A DNA stretch of 64,000 bases from Sminthopsis crassicaudata (GCF_048593235.1 NC_133619.1:146210454-146274453), one strand, 5' to 3'. Counted from the first letter of the stretch, positions 1 to 14,887 are shown. Numbers and translations: made by a program. The notes: generated by a model from the sequence alone, not told the origin.

Positions 1-1359
1 TTGTGCCTATTCTTCATTTGTAGTATGTGCCAATAATCTATCCCTTTCTTTATATTCTGCATTTTGGTATGGGTTAGAAAACCTGATGATGGTCATGAAG
101 AGGAAGAAAAAAATGTCATATAAAGAAAGATAAATAGATAGATGATGGACAACACATACTATATATTAGGTTACAGATAAAGAAACTGAGGATGTTAAAT
201 GACTTCTAAAGATTACAGGAATATTAAGTGTCTTAGGCTGGATATAAATGAACTTGAGAAATTTGGCATTAAAAGTTCTAATGAATCCTCAGGAAATACG
301 TGTTTTCATGCTAAAGCATTCTGTTAGTCCAAGAGACAAACCTTCCTTTGTATTCTTCAAGTAATATTTCTAATAGGTCTTTGCTGATAATCAGCTAGTC
401 TCTCTCTCTTTTTTAGGGAATAGCTTATTTCATTGATTAGTTCATTTATTTGCAATTATTCTTTTTTAAGAGTTTTATTCACTTATTTACAAAGAATCAT
501 ATGTGAAGCATATGCCACCTTTCCTCAACTTCATTGCAGAAAATATTAACTACATCTACTATTTGCAACCCACCAGACACTAGTGTCATAAAGAGAAAAA
601 CAAATTTGCCTTGCCCTAAAGGATTACAATTTCTCTTCAGGCTAGTGTGTGAGAGGATACAGTATGTACCCAAACAAATAATTACAGAAATTAAGATGGA
701 AATAAATGTTTCAATCTATGGAACTAGAGAACAGCTTCTCAGAGAAGCTGTCATCTGATTTTAGTCTTAGAAATCAACACTGATAAAGCACATTAAAGTT
801 TGCCCAGGATTTTATAAACATCTTAGTTGAACTGAACACAGCCCTTAGGTAAGTGCTATAAGGTGTTATTTATCTTCCCTTTACAGATAAAGAAAATCTG
901 AAAAGACTCAGAAAGTTTTAAGTAACTTCCCTATGGCCACAGTACTCATATCATGATTGACAGGATTGTGTGATCATTGATTTTTATCACCCAGGCCAAC
1001 CCTCTCAGATGAAAAAATTGAGATTAAATGACTTGTGCAGGATCAAACTAGAAGTGTCTGAGGGGAGATTCAGAATCTGGTTTCCTTAACTCTAAGTATA
1101 TTGTCTTATCCATAGCATCATATTAAAATCTAGTTCTTACTAGTTTATAAATCTGACATTCCAGCTGCCTTTGAAAAAAGGAAAATACGAATTCACAGAA
1201 GCAGAACTGAGAAGGAAGAGCCTGGTAGTGATAAAATTTTGCATCAAACATTTGCTTTTAGAGCATAAAGATAAATCTTCATGTCTTGAGGGATTAGATT
1301 ATGCTTTTCAACATTTTCTTATATCATTGAGAGAGAGAGTTGTATGGTATAGGATTAAA

Positions 1360-1490
1360 AATGAATAGCAGAGCATCAGCCCTAAAGTCAGGAGGATCTG
1401 AGTTCAAATATGATCTCAGATGTTTAACACTTCCTAGCTGTGTAACTCTGGGCAAGTAACTTTACCCCAATTACCTCAGGGAAAGAAAGG
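1360..1490 (+). mobile_element. tRNA-derived marsupial SINE (WSINE1-like)
   Basis: agtcaggaggatctgagttcaaat (B box)...ttcctagctgtgtaactctgggcaagtaac...ccccaattacctcag. Confidence 0.85.
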
Positions 1491-1634
1491 AATAGAAGAA
1501 TAAAGTGAATTGATACTAGTTTAAAAAACATCTAAGAATTCTGAGTTTTCAATTCCAGTTGTATAGCCCTTACCAAAAACAGCAGGAAGTCAAGAAACTA
1601 GAATAAACATAATAGGAAGAGAAGCGAAGATATA

Positions 1635-1666
<32 letters not shown>

Positions 1667-2399
1667 CGTATATATAATGCCTACTGTCTATATGCCTGGT
1701 ATATCCTAAGCCCTCTTCATAAAAAAGAGAATTTTATTGGGTCATCAGAAAAAAATCCTCATAAAATTTTTCCATAAAAAAATAGATGCTATTATTATCT
1801 CTATGTTCACAGTTTTTGTTTTTGTTTTAATTGGGAATAAACAGAGATTAGTTGACTAGTTCAGGATCATAGACCTCATATGCATCAGAGGTAAGATTTG
1901 AATTTGGAAAGATGATTCTTCCTGCCTGGCATTGTATCCAATGTGACACCTTGTTGCCTCAAGACAAACCATACAATACTCTAGTCTACAAAGATGAAAA
2001 AATGGCCACTTGTATTTAATCAATATTTGTAAAAGGTTTATATATTAGAGAGCCTTTGGGGATTAATATAGTAGGATATGAATAGAGCCATACTTAGTTG
2101 TTCCTTAATGAATACTGGCTGAAGAAAATCAAACATCTATTAAATGCCAACATTTTGACTGAAACTATTCTAGATGCCAATTACAGGTAGAAAGAAAATT
2201 GTCCCGGACTTCAAGGAATTTATATTCTTTTGAGACAAATATGTACACCAATAAATGTTTAGAAAATATAAAGTAATTGTAGGGAGGCACTAGCAGCTGA
2301 AAGAATCAGAAAAAGTACCATTTAAGAAGTATATTTTGATATTTGATAATCCCCTCCCCCAACATTTCTTATTTTAGATTTCTTTGACTTCTCCATAAT

Positions 2400-2560
2400 G
2401 TGCCAGGTGCCTTCTTTATCTTGCTTTTTATCTTTCTTTAACTAGTGATCTTTCCCCATTAGACTGTTTGCTTCTTGAGGGCAGAGCTTTCATTATTTGT
2501 TGTTTTTGTATGCCCAGGGCTTAACATTGCTGAAATATAGAAGCTCTTTAAAAATTCTTC
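2400..2560 (+). mobile_element. L2 3' end
   Basis: ccccattagactgtttgcttcttgagggcagag...tgcccagggcttaaca. Confidence 0.7.
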
Positions 2561-5500
2561 ACTATTGTTGACAGTCACAGAAAATCAATTTCCACATTGT
2601 TCCAAGTCCAAAAATGTGTTCTGCATATTGGTTAGGCATATTAGCCCATCATCTTTTTTGTCTCGAGATGGGCAGAATTCTTCCTCACCTTTGTAATCAT
2701 GATGATTCTGAATAATATCTCACAAATTATTGCCCATAAATTATAGGAAGCAGTTAATTCAGCAAATTCACTCTTGTCTCTTTTTAGCTAAGGAAATGTG
2801 GACTGTTGGCTTCTGATATCACTGATGCTTCATCATTTTCAAAGTTAATGCTTATTACATTTGCTGGCAAGTTGATTTTCTGCTTTACACTTTTCTAAAT
2901 TTTAAAAAGAATATTGATCAGAGGCTTGCAGACACCTGCTTGCTGTTAAGCAAACAGAATGAGCCAAATAAATTGGGGATATTTTCCCACAGTTTGAAGC
3001 AATATTCTTTTGTATAATAAAAACATTCAGTGAATTCTTTGAAAATCCCTGATGTGCCAATGTGTTTGGAATTACCCTGATGTCTAGTTCACTCCAGTTA
3101 ATGTTCTTCCTAATGGGAGCAGGTGGAGAGCTTGGGAAAAGAATAAGTTAAATAGCTGTCTTTATTATTGTTGGAGAATAAATTTGCCCTGCCCTGAAAG
3201 AAGCTTGTCAGCATTAACTAGAGGACCTGTTACAGATCTGTCTCTTAAAGTGAATATTAAGAAATGTTTCTTCACTTTATTCTACATGTACAATAGACAA
3301 CTAATTTTCTCGAAACAATTGAGAATGTGTTTCTCCAGTCCTTGCAAAAACAACATTATGGTTGAAAACTGCTTTTTTTTCCCCAACATAACTTTTCAAT
3401 AGAATTGTTGAGCCTCTTTGGTACTCTTAAAGTTAGATTTAATTGGATCTTGAAATCAGTCGAAAAAATTGCCTTTATTATTATTCAGAAGGAAGGGGCT
3501 TTTCAGCTTCTCCCATCTCTTTCCATTCAACTATATTACTTGAAAAAAAAATTCACATTTTCTTTTTTTGTAGCATAGCTTAAAAAAAAAAAGTGTACCA
3601 TTCAAAAAAACAAACAAACAAACAAACGAACAAAAAAACTGGCCATGCAATTCATTTGTGGGTGGTGGTGGTGGTTATTGTTGTTGTTGTTTTTCATCTA
3701 GAGGAACTAGTATAATATCTAGTTATGCTCACAAGGGAGTTTTGGGTCTCTAAGCTCATAATGTTAAGTTTGCATGGAAATGTAAATTGACTTTTTTTTT
3801 TTTTCTAAATCAAACATACATAGAAAACTGAAAGAAAAGCTTTCTTGAGTAATTTGTTTGGGAAAGAAGAGATTTTAGATTACTTCCTTTTTAAGACTTC
3901 TGTATAGGTTGGTTCATATGTGGCTGTTTTAACTAAGAATTTCTATTGTCAGTTGCTATTTTTCAAGTGATTTATTTTACTAATATGCTCATTGGACAAA
4001 AATAAAAAACAATGCATTACTTTGAATGTTTCCTTCCCCTTACTTCTTAGAAAGAACTCTTTATATGAAATGATTTACATAGGCACCTAAAGTTTTTCCC
4101 AATTTATGTTGTTTCAAGAAGAAAAAAATCCTTGGCTTTTGAGATATACATATATGTATATGTATATATATATATATTATAAAATATATACAAAAAGATA
4201 CATGTAATACAAATATATAATGAAATACACATAATTTCAAATGCATATGTTTATGTCCATGTATATACAGGTATAGATAATCCCTAAACCTACCACCTTA
4301 TCATGGAGGCAAAAGCATAATCTTCATCTTAATAACAAAAACTTCTTGTGCAAAAGGATTTTCCTTTTTTTTTTTTCTTTTATGCCAGTACTTAACACAG
4401 TGCCAGCTGACAAGTGTTTGATTGAATGTTGGGTTAAATTATATTGCATTTTAGGTTTGCAAGTAGGCACTATAGGTATTTTTAGCCCTTTTTTAAGGTG
4501 AGGAAGCTAAATCTCAAAGAGGCTACTTTGTATATCCAAGGTCACAGACTAGGTATTAAAATTCAACAGCTGAATTTAACCTCCAATTCTTGATTACTTT
4601 ATCCTACCACATGAAATACCTGGACTTGGTCTCAAATGGACTCTTCTAGTTCTAAAATTAGTGCTTTTCTATGACATTGACTTGCAACCAATTTTTTTTT
4701 TTTTTTGCTTAAATGAAGGGGATTAAATGCAGTGAATTACAATTGCTATATATTTGTTTTTATTAAATGATGTTCTCATATAGATGTAATACCAAAAATT
4801 TAGTGATGAATATGTCGCTTTTTGTGCAATATTTCTGAATTATTGCAAGTACTTTTTCCAGGAAGACAACTTTGGAAAAGTCAGGGACTTTGTCTACCGA
4901 ATAATCATTTGATACTGAGATATTGCATTTTTCACCTAGCTTTTTAGGTTCACAAGGTATAGTATTTGTTGTTCAACCTCAAAATCTCAAATGTTTCAAC
5001 ACTTCATTAATTATCTAATATTCTTATTGCTAGATCTTATTATCTTTCCTATCATTATATCTTTAAACATTTTAAAATATTTCCCATTTTTCTCCTTAAA
5101 TCTTCCAATAAACTATTCCTTTTCCTCATTTTGTAATCTGCTGTTTTATGCATTCTCCCTCTTTGATTTTTAAAAAATACATAGAGTTGTTATTGTTTTC
5201 TTTCTCTAAGCTTCTGTTTTTCTCTCTTGTTTATTAGGGCACAGATTATGAAATATTGGTCATGGGTTTGATCTAGTTAACTTTGCCCTACTGTGTCACT
5301 TGTTGCTATGGGCAGGTCCTCAGCTATGACCTGTTCATCTTGACAAGAATGTCAAAAGGGAGACTAACTGAGAGTGGATGGCTAGGTCAATACAAATCTA
5401 TCACTACTACTGGGACAAATAACTTTGAGTATATACTCTATTGAAATGTGATCACTAGCATTAGCCATATATACTAAAGCGTCATATCATGGAAATGATT

Positions 5501-5635
5501 GAGACTTGAATTTGCTGGCTGAGTGCAATTTGCAAGGTAGAACAATATAATCTCTAAGATTTTAGCTATAATCCACACAAATATAAGCTCTTAAGAGGAG
5601 TGTCTCTCAATAATTTTTAGAGTTTAAAGAAAGAT

Positions 5636-5712
5636 AAGGGAGAACAACTAGATAGTGTGGTGAATAGAGCACCAATCCTAAAGTCAAGAAGACTTGCTCA
5701 AATCTGGCTTCA
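5636..5712 (+). mobile_element. SINE head running into an N gap; A-run after the gap may be its tail
   Basis: ctagatagtgtggtgaatagagcacca...aagtcaagaagact...caaatctggcttca. Confidence 0.7.
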
Positions 5713-5840
5713 NNNNNNNNNNNNNNNNNNNNNNNNNNNNNNNNNNNNNNNNNNNNNNNNNNNNNNNNNNNNNNNNNNNNNNNNNNNNNNNNNNNNNNNN
5801 NNNNNNNNNNNNNNNNNNNNNNNNNNNNNNNNNNNNNNNN
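5713..5840. other. Assembly gap
   Basis: 128 N. Confidence 1.
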
Positions 5841-5994
5841 AAAAAAAAAAATCAAGCTTGTCAGAAAGAACTGGGTTTAAGACTTGTTTCATAAGAGTGA
5901 GTCCCTGGTAGTTGCCAAAGATGCATTGGTAGATGGAGTTTCCACACTGGGATTTCCATTACATTGCTGAAATCTCAGTCTGGAGCACAAGTCT

Positions 5995-7790
5995 GTTATT
6001 ATCTGTGAGTTGTCTTTCTGCTTCAAGGGAGTCTCTTGTAAACAACATATTGTTGGATTTTGCTTTATAATTCATCTTGGTATCTACTGTTTTATGAGTG
6101 AGCTCATCCCATTCATATTTAAAGTTATGGTAACTATTTCTTTCCATTCTCTTTTCTAATGTTCTTCTTTTCTAATCTTTTGCTAGTCTTTTAAAGTTTC
6201 TAATATTTTCTCCCTTTTTATCATTTCCTGGCTCAAAAATATATTTAGCTTCTAATCATTATCTCCTTTAATCTGCCCTCCTTTTAATCAATCCCTATCC
6301 TTTCTCTTATTCCCTTTCTCTCCTATTTCTCTATTTGGCAAGTTACATTTCTATACCCAACTACATGTTCTTCAAACCAATTCTGATGAGAGTGAAGTTA
6401 AAGCATTGTGTACCCCACTCCTATTTCTCACTCCATCATAAAGAATTTCCTTTGTGCATCTTGTTTGTGAAAAACAACTCTCCTATTCTACATCTCCCTA
6501 CCTCCTTTTCCAGGACATCCCAGTTTCTTATCCCTTCTTTTTTTTTAGATTATTTCTACATAATCAACTCACATCATGCCTTTTCTCTGTGTAAACTCCT
6601 TTTAACTGTACAAATAATGATAATATGTTTAGTTATTATTTTCTAATATAAGGATATTAACAATTTAATTTTATTGATTGCTTTATGATTACTTTTTCAT
6701 ATTTAACTTTTATTTTTCTCTTAAGTATTGTTTTTGAATGCCCATTTTGCTGTTAAGCTGTGGTCTTTATTTTAGGAATTCTTTAATGTTTTATTGAATA
6801 TCAGTTCTTTCTCCCTGCTATCCTGAGAAAATATTTTCAGTTTTGTGGGATAGCTGATTCTTGATTGTAATCCTAACTTCTTTGCCCTTTGGAATATCAT
6901 ATTCCAATCCTTCAGTTGCTTGAAATTTACTAAATCTTGTGTAATCCTGCCTGTGGTATCATGATGTTGGAATTGTTTCATTTTTTCTCTAATTCTTTAT
7001 TTTTTATTGATTTTTTTTATTACACATGGCTTTATTCTTCTTGATGTCTGTTGAAATCATTAGCTTTTAATTCACCAATTCTAACTTTTAAAAATTTATT
7101 TTATTCAGTGAGTTTTTGACCTCTTTTTACATTTGGTCAATTCTACTTTTTATGGAGTTTTTTTCCCCTTCAGTTAACTTCTGTACTTCATTTCCATTAA
7201 GTCAATCCTACTTTTTAAAGATTTCTCCTCTTAAGTGGATTTTTGTCCTTTTGTTACCATTTAATCAATTTTGTTTTTAAGGTGTTTGCTTTCTTCAGTA
7301 TTTCTTTTTTTGGTACTTCCAAGGTGTTGTTACACTGGGAAAGGAATAGTTTCTGTTTTTTAGTCTGAACTCTTTTTCCAAAAAGGGTCCCTGAGCCTCT
7401 GTAGCCATTAGTACTCCTCTTTACTTTGGAACTGTGATCAGGTCCTCATCTCTTCTGTGAGTAATCACCAGTGTACCTCTCTTCACTGAAACTATGACCC
7501 AGAACTTTATATGGACAATAATATTGCCAATAACTGCCAGCTATACCTAGTGCCAGATAAGGGTCACTTGTAATCTCTATCTGACCAGTTGTTCGACTAT
7601 CTTACCATATCTGGCCTGAGAGCACTCATGTGTGATCTGTGGACAGTCCAATATGGTGTCACAGACACTTCCACAGATCTCTTATGTTTTCATAGGCCAG
7701 GAAAATGGCACATCTTGACCTTTTGTTGACTCTATCCCTGCAAAATTTGATTTCAGATATTGTTTTAAAATTGTTTGGGGGGAATATTGG
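5995..7790 (-). mobile_element. Old L1 5' half (5'UTR, ORF1 C-terminus, start of ORF2 endonuclease)
   Basis: ORF 6772-6981 KQFQHHDTTGRITQDL...DWNMIFQRAKKLGLQSRISYPTKL is the L1 ORF1 C-terminus. 5995-6130 resembles the EN start (MNGMSSPIK...CLQET). The left and right boundaries are approximate. Confidence 0.75.
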
Positions 7791-9657
7791 TAAAGTTTAT
7801 CTAGGTAGCTGTCCTAATCCATTATCTTGCTAATCCCTTTCCCTTATTTCTGTTTCTATTTATTGATTTAGGTTAGGTACTGGGAAAGAAACAATGGTAA
7901 ATTGTATATAACTCCTTTCAAGAATTTATGACCTAGAAGAATATTTGAATGAGTAGAAAAGAATGGGACAATTTGCTGTGGAGATAGGATGGGCCAGTTA
8001 TTGGAATGATTTGCCAGACAGAAAGATTGGGAATTGATATATTAAGAAGCTGTGTGGAAGTTCAATTGGAACAGTGAAAGCTTAGAATCATCAAGAAGAA
8101 CCAGTGAGCTATTATGTACCCTGGGGAAAGCATGATTATACCTGGTCTTAGTTGAAGACTTTGCTTTATTTCGATTTCTTTAGCCATGTTGGAGACAGAA
8201 TAGGTAACACTGAGTGAATTTAAAGTGGAGGATGAAGAGGAGACACAATGTAAAAGAATTTAATCCAAAATTTTGAATTTAGATGACTGATGGTGATTAA
8301 AGGGAAGTAGCAAGGTATGATTGGGAAACAAAAATGAGATCAGTGGTCTTACAACCAGTATTTATGGGGCTATATGCAAGAGAATTTTCAGTGATGTGGG
8401 TATTACAAAGACATATAGCTGACAATCATATAGCACTTGAAAGTTTACAACAAGTTTTATATCTCTTCATTTGATCTTCACAACAGCCTCATAGTGTAAC
8501 TATTCCTTTCATTTTGCAGATATGCCATTATTATACTGATTTTAGAGATGAGAAAATGAGACACAAGGGTTATGGTAATTTCTTTAAATCTTAAAAACAG
8601 CAAAATGTCAGTGGTGAGATTTGATACCAAGTTTTCTTGAATCTATTTTGAGCAATGTCTGTTAAATTGTTGACTCTTCATATATAGACCATATGTGGAC
8701 AGGTTCAAAGGGGAATACTTGGTAGTAATAGAACTGGGAAGGCATTGGATTATAGAAAAAAGCATTTTTGGTGCATCTGAAATGGCTTGTATAAGCAGAG
8801 GTGAATATTTATTTTCTCTTCTTTAATTATTTCCATGTCGATGCAATCAAATGATGTTCTACTTTTTAGTGTGTCTTTAAATTTAGCCTTTCTCCAGATT
8901 GCCTCAAATGTCTATATTGCTGAAATACTTAATTTTTATTTCTTATCTCATTGCTCTGCCTCTGTTAATTTCTTGCTACTCTGATCTCCTATTTTCTTAT
9001 TTGTAATTAAATACATTATTAACCTTTTTCTCTTCCATTCCTACTATTTTAACTTACAAATATGCTTGATTCATTATTGCATAGTATTTGTATACTAATT
9101 TTCTAAAATTAGTATAGTCACTTGTTTCTAGAAACTTTAAGCATTTCTCTAGAGTTAATGCTGCTGTGTTTTAGATGTTTAACTCCTAAAGGACATGAAT
9201 TGCATCTGCTTAATTTCTTGATATTTTGCTTCAAGATCTTTATTCTATATTCTTGAAAGTCACAAGATGGGAAAATTTAAGGTTATAAGATCATTCATTT
9301 CTCCCCAAATAGAGGATTTTCTGTATAAAAAACTCAAAAACTATGTTGAGTATCTCTATGAGTATGTTTTAACATTTAAAACACATACACACATATATAC
9401 ATATATATATATATGCATGCATGTTATATATGTGCATATATACAGATATAATAAACAATTCCCTGAGATTTTATAATTCCTGTTTATTAATTAAAATATA
9501 GTTAGACTACTAACTTGTCTCAAAGAGAGAAACTCTCAAAGTTTTATAGATCTACTGTATTCAAGTGCTTTGAATTTTTTTCAATGATCACTGATGATAA
9601 GAGAACTTTAAATCACAATTTTTCATAGTTCACTGTTATTATGGATGGAGAATTGAC

Positions 9658-9711
9658 ACATTTTAAATATTATGCTATTTAAAAACATTTTAAATATTAT
9701 GCTATTTAAAA
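9658..9711. repeat. 27-bp tandem duplication
   Basis: acattttaaatattatgctatttaaaa twice. Confidence 0.9.
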
Positions 9712-10152
9712 TGAAGATATAAGTAATATATAAAGGGCAATAAATAAGTATGCAAAATCTTAAAGGTTATAGATGGCTTGGGGGAAGGGATCATCCATGA
9801 TCATATTGATCAAAAAGATGATATAGATCCAGAAAGATGGCTGATATACCAAAGAATTAAGTCTGATTTATTTTCTTTTTGATTGCATGAAATATAATGA
9901 AAGAAATCATGATTCATATTGATTCAAGACTTTGTACAGTGTGTAAGCTCTCTTAGTAATACTGCTAAGGACCATGATCTGGTCATGGCCTCTAAAACTT
10001 AGATTAGCTTTAAGGATATTGAATTATTACTTTCCTAATTGATACCTTTTATAGGTATGGCATATCTGTAAAAGGCCATTGCATTTATTATCTTAAATGC
10101 ATATATGTATTATATAAGCATATATATGTATATATTTATGAACACAAACTCC

Positions 10153-10160
<8 letters not shown>

Positions 10161-10210
<50 letters not shown>
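10161..10210. repeat. (CA)25 microsatellite
   Basis: Direct read. Confidence 0.97.
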
Positions 10211-10214
<4 letters not shown>

Positions 10215-10589
10215 TATGCAAACTGTACACAGTGGAATCTGTGATTAAATCAGAAGAAACAATCTCTGTCAAGGATGCAATTTTGCGGTTTCCAATTTTG
10301 TCATCATTTCTGTTCTTTGCTTTGTGAATATGACTTCCAGTAGAATTCTGTAGCTGTCAACCTGTCATCCTTTATGCTTGCCATGTGACCAGCCAATCTT
10401 CTCTTCTTACTTACATTTCCTAATTATAAATTTTATTTCTTTGGAGTTACTAATTGGTTATATTGAAACCTATTTAAAGCCATCATGCACCATTCCTTTG
10501 CCCTCTTTTGAATTCAACTTTTAGTTTTCTGTTCCACATCTGACCACCATATAGTACAATGTTAGCATTGAAAAGATGGTCTATTACTT

Positions 10590-10900
10590 TAATGTGAAGC
10601 TAAAGGTAGTTTTAAAAAATTGTTTTCCAATTTCCAAATTCCAAGCAGTTTCCAAAAAGCAATCAGTTCTGCTCTCTTCCTCTTTTCTAATTTTGGACTC
10701 ACCTCATTTTCCATGTGTATACTCCATTCTAGGTATACATATAATTTATTGATTTCTATAGGGCATTTATGCAATTTATTGATGAAATTTATCAAGAGGC
10801 ACTCTTTGAGCATTGAGTCTTTCTTGTACAAAAGGACATAACAAACTCTTTTGAGTGATTGATTATAGATGCCTTCCAAAAGTCTCTGTAGGGTCCCGAG
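10590..10900 (-). mobile_element. RTE-clade LINE RT C-terminal fragment
   Basis: ORF 10589-10918 IEINKLYVYLEWSIHMENEVSPKLEKRKRAELIAFWKL resembles the RTE motif IE.V..YIYLG..I..DNEL..EL.RR.RAGW.AFGKL. Confidence 0.65.
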
Positions 10901-12618
10901 GCTTGATATAATGACCATCAGTCATGCTATATAATTATTGTACCTCTCCGTTACTACCTATGGACAAGTCCCTTTGGCTCCCAGTTTCCTCTAAATGTAT
11001 ATTATTAACTAGTATTTTGAAGAATATTTGAAAACACAAAATTCCATTCATTTGATTTTTTTGCCAGCTGCATATATTTTCAAGCAAAATACCATGAATA
11101 AATCTAGAAAGGAAAAAAAAAATCACTTGGAATAAGATAGGGAGGTGCAGTTAAAGATATTCTGTGGAAATAGGGTTCTACTTCACAGAATACTTGAGTT
11201 GGTAGGTATCATAAGAGAAAGAATATATTCTAAGAAAACAAAGTTAAACCAAAGGGGGGGGAAACTTATTAAGAGATATTTTTCCTTAAGCCAAAGCAAA
11301 TCACAGCTAAAAAAAGAATGAGTAAATAAATCATGTTAAGTTATGCTTACATATATCAAATCATAACTGTACTCAGACCAAGATTTTAAATAAAGAAAAC
11401 AAAACAAAACATGCCTAATAATAATTGCAAATATAATTTCCCACGGTTTCTGTTTTGCTTACGTTTTACTCAAACTTGCCATATCTTCATATATTATCTT
11501 AAAAATACAGAAGTTTTAAACATCATGTAAAAATGCTAATATTTTTTTAAAAGTTCCCATTAAGTTTTTCATACTGTGGACACATTTAATTTGGTTGAAT
11601 CCTTCTAAATTTTCTTTCAAACGGATGCTGAAAATATTGATTTTGAGTTAAAGAAAATAATACAATAGTTTATAACCACATAGAAATATCAACCGGGGCA
11701 AGTTTTAGAGAGTGTTTTTTCATCCTTCACTTTTTTGTAAAAAAATATTGTACCAACTAATTATTTTACCTTTACTAAAATATTTTGAGTTGTATAGAGT
11801 TCTACCCCCTCTAAAACATTTTAGATGATTTCCTAGCTAGCCAACCAGTGAAAGTTTTCTTCATGAAGTATGCTGAACAATGAGATCTCAAATAGCACTT
11901 TTTTCTGTTATTTATAGCAATGATCTATAATTTGATGGCAATAGTTATTAACAAACTCTAGGTAATTACTTTAATGAACATAATGTGTCTCTGTGATTTT
12001 CTGTGGTTATGTGATCTGTGATCTGTGACACTACTATCATTATGCTAGTTATAGGAATAACTTATGAGAATTTTCCTGAAGAAAAAAAATCTAAAATTGA
12101 ATATTAGGTACAAACATTTTGCAAAATATTTTGGATTTGCTTTCATTTTTTTTCTGTAATTGGATGATTCATTCTTTTCATTCATGTCTGATCCCACTTG
12201 TGGTTTTCTTGGCAAAGTTGCTAAAGTGCTTTGTCATCCTTTTCCAGCTCAATTTATACATGAGGAAACTGAGGCGAAAAAAGTTTAAATGGCTATATAG
12301 ATCATATGAGCTAATTAAGTATCTGAAGCTAGATTTAAAATCATAAAGATGTCTTCCTTGGACTAGTATTCTATTCTCTCTGCCACCTAGCTACTCCCCT
12401 TTATTTTTGTGGTTTATCATCATCATCTTTTTAAATTTTTATTTGGTATGCATTTTAGAGCTGTCTTCATAGGAATGATACTGAAAATCCTAAAATGTTC
12501 AAATGGAAGTATATTCTGAATAACTTAGTGTAAAAATCCACTGATTTTCATATTCATATACTTTTCCTTAATGATTGCAATATAATTTGTAAATATGTAG
12601 AAGGATCACTATACTGTT

Positions 12619-12620
<2 letters not shown>

Positions 12621-12686
<66 letters not shown>
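12621..12686. repeat. Compound microsatellite (CT)15(AT)18
   Basis: Direct read. Confidence 0.97.
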
Positions 12687-12693
<7 letters not shown>

Positions 12694-13852
12694 TATAATA
12701 TCATTTAATCTCTTTATATCTTGTCCCTCATCTATAAAATAGTTATAATGATGGTTTGCATTGTCTACCAAATGATGTTGTTTTTATAAATGTAAAAGAA
12801 AATAATATGTATTTTATTATAAAGAATTAGCTATATTAGTTGTTTTTCTTCATCTTTCTTTTTGCTTGAGGTAAAGAGGATCCCTGGAAGAAAATGCTGT
12901 TTATGTTGAACCAGAAACTATGGAGGACTTAATTCTTTTTCTGATAAAATTTTTATCCTCACATGCCCCAAAATCCACTTTTGTAGTCATCATTTTTGCC
13001 TAATATCTCTTTGTTTGGACCTGGCCACATATAGCACATTGGCCATCTTCTTATTAGCTGCCTTGATCTTCTCTGCTTTCTCTCCCTTAGTAATAATCAA
13101 ACCAACTCTGTCATTGCTACTGGAAAGGGAATGCCAATCTATTCCCATATAGCTCCATTTATTCTCCAGCTATCTTTCTAATCAAAAATACTCTGGCCAT
13201 AAAGGGATTGTCATCACTTTTATATTTGTAATCACACTGTTTAGCATAGTAAGTGGTAATATATATTTTTAAATTCATTCATTGTTTTATTCTAAAGTGG
13301 CTTGAATGTAGACAAAGGTAGCATTAAGAAGTGGACCTGTGGAGGAAAGAAATGGCATGCTATGTTTAGATTAAGAAAGAATGAGCAAAGTTATGAAGGT
13401 GAGAATAATGCATATGATAGCTATGATAATGAAATGATAAAGAACATGGGTGGACAGGGCACATTAGAGACAAGAAGACTACTAATTTTGGCAAACCAGG
13501 TATATCATAATGGTTTCAATGGGTGGAGAGTAAAAGCAAATCTGCACAATGTTATGACTAAAGAATTGAAAAAGTTACTTTACAGTGTTGAATAACTCAT
13601 TAAAAATGCTGTCCATTTGGGAATTTTAGTATAGAATAAAATATTAAGTTGGTAAATTCATCTTTTTCACAGGAATCCATAGAATTATAGAAAGAGCATT
13701 TTGAAGAATGAGATTTTATCAATAGATAAAAAATAAATATTAACATGTAGACATATTATATAAGAAAACCTTCAGCTAGTTTTCATTAAATAAACATCAA
13801 TTCCCTACCTGCTGTTTCACTTTTTTTCTGAAGAGCTCAACCATCAGCTTTT

Positions 13853-13855
<3 letters not shown>

Positions 13856-13913
<58 letters not shown>
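13856..13913. repeat. (CT)n microsatellite, ~29 units
   Basis: Direct read. Confidence 0.97.
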
Positions 13914-13916
<3 letters not shown>

Positions 13917-14517
13917 TACATGTGTGCACTTATTCTTTCTGCTGTATAATATCATCTGCTGAAAATTGCAGATTTTAACAACTTTTTGTTGTGATCATAT
14001 GTGTCTGTCTATGTGTGTGTGTGTACCCACCTGTATAAATCTGCATGTGATCCTTATGGACTTTAATAAGTTATGACATTTTTAACAAATATGATGAGGT
14101 TAAAAATCATAGATTTAAAATTACAGAGCAACCTTAAGAATCTAATTCTTTCATATGTCAAGTAAAAGCACATGTTCTTATATACTTTATTTCAGTAATA
14201 TATCTTATTTCCCCATACCAAAAATTTACAAAATAAAGTGTAAAAGTGAGACTTTTAAGCTATATCCTCTTTCACCACCACAACCCACCCCTCTCCAAAA
14301 AAAAATTATCACCATACTGTTCTTAGGAAAACTAGGTACAAAGAAAACATGGATGTCCTTGATTCTCCATTTCTCAATTCTCAACAGAGATCACAAGAAG
14401 AAACTTACAGGAACAGATATCAAAAATCCTTAGTCATAATCTCATTGGGAGGAATGATATTTCTTATTGGATTCTTTATTTTAGAATTTGCTTCTACTAG
14501 CCACATTCATGGATTCT

Positions 14518-14824
14518 TGTAAAGGGCTAGAACTGAGTAAATGCACTTGGATAATGGAGCACATGAGACTAATTGCCAATTGGACAATTCTCTATTGACA
14601 TGTTTGAAGGTTGACCCTCCCCAACTGACTTGATTGGTGGGACAAAGAAGGGGAAGTGACTTGTGTGGGTGGAGTAGGAGGAGGAAATTGAGGCATTTCT
14701 CCTGTAGGTGGAGAGAGAGGAAGGTAGTATGAAGATTGCTAGATTTAATCCCCCAAAAGACCAAGAATAAAGGTTTTTGGTGATCCTGACTTCCGCTGAT
14801 TTCTAAGAAGACAGAGTTCCAGCA
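14518..14824 (+). mobile_element. ERV 5' LTR (betaretrovirus-like/ERV2), 307 bp
   Basis: Starts TGTAAAGGG and ends CCAGCA (TG...CA). AATAAA at 14766-14771. Immediately followed by a PBS. Its U3 is repeated in inverted orientation at 15410-15647. Confidence 0.92.
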
Positions 14825-14826
14825 TT

Positions 14827-14844
14827 TGGTGCCCAATGTGGGGC
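14827..14844 (+). promoter_or_regulatory. Primer-binding site for tRNA-Lys(1,2)
   Basis: TGGTGCCCAATGTGGGGC, 2 nt after the LTR end. It equals the Lys1,2 PBS TGGCGCCCAACGTGGGGC (MPMV/SRV type) with both CpGs deaminated to TpG. Confidence 0.9.
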
Positions 14845-14887
14845 AGGCACCCTACCTCTACTGAAGTCTTCTGGTGACCAGGAGATT

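Noticed and set aside
9800-9900. CR1/L3 remnant
   Set aside because: Only a faint resemblance; too decayed to support without an alignment.
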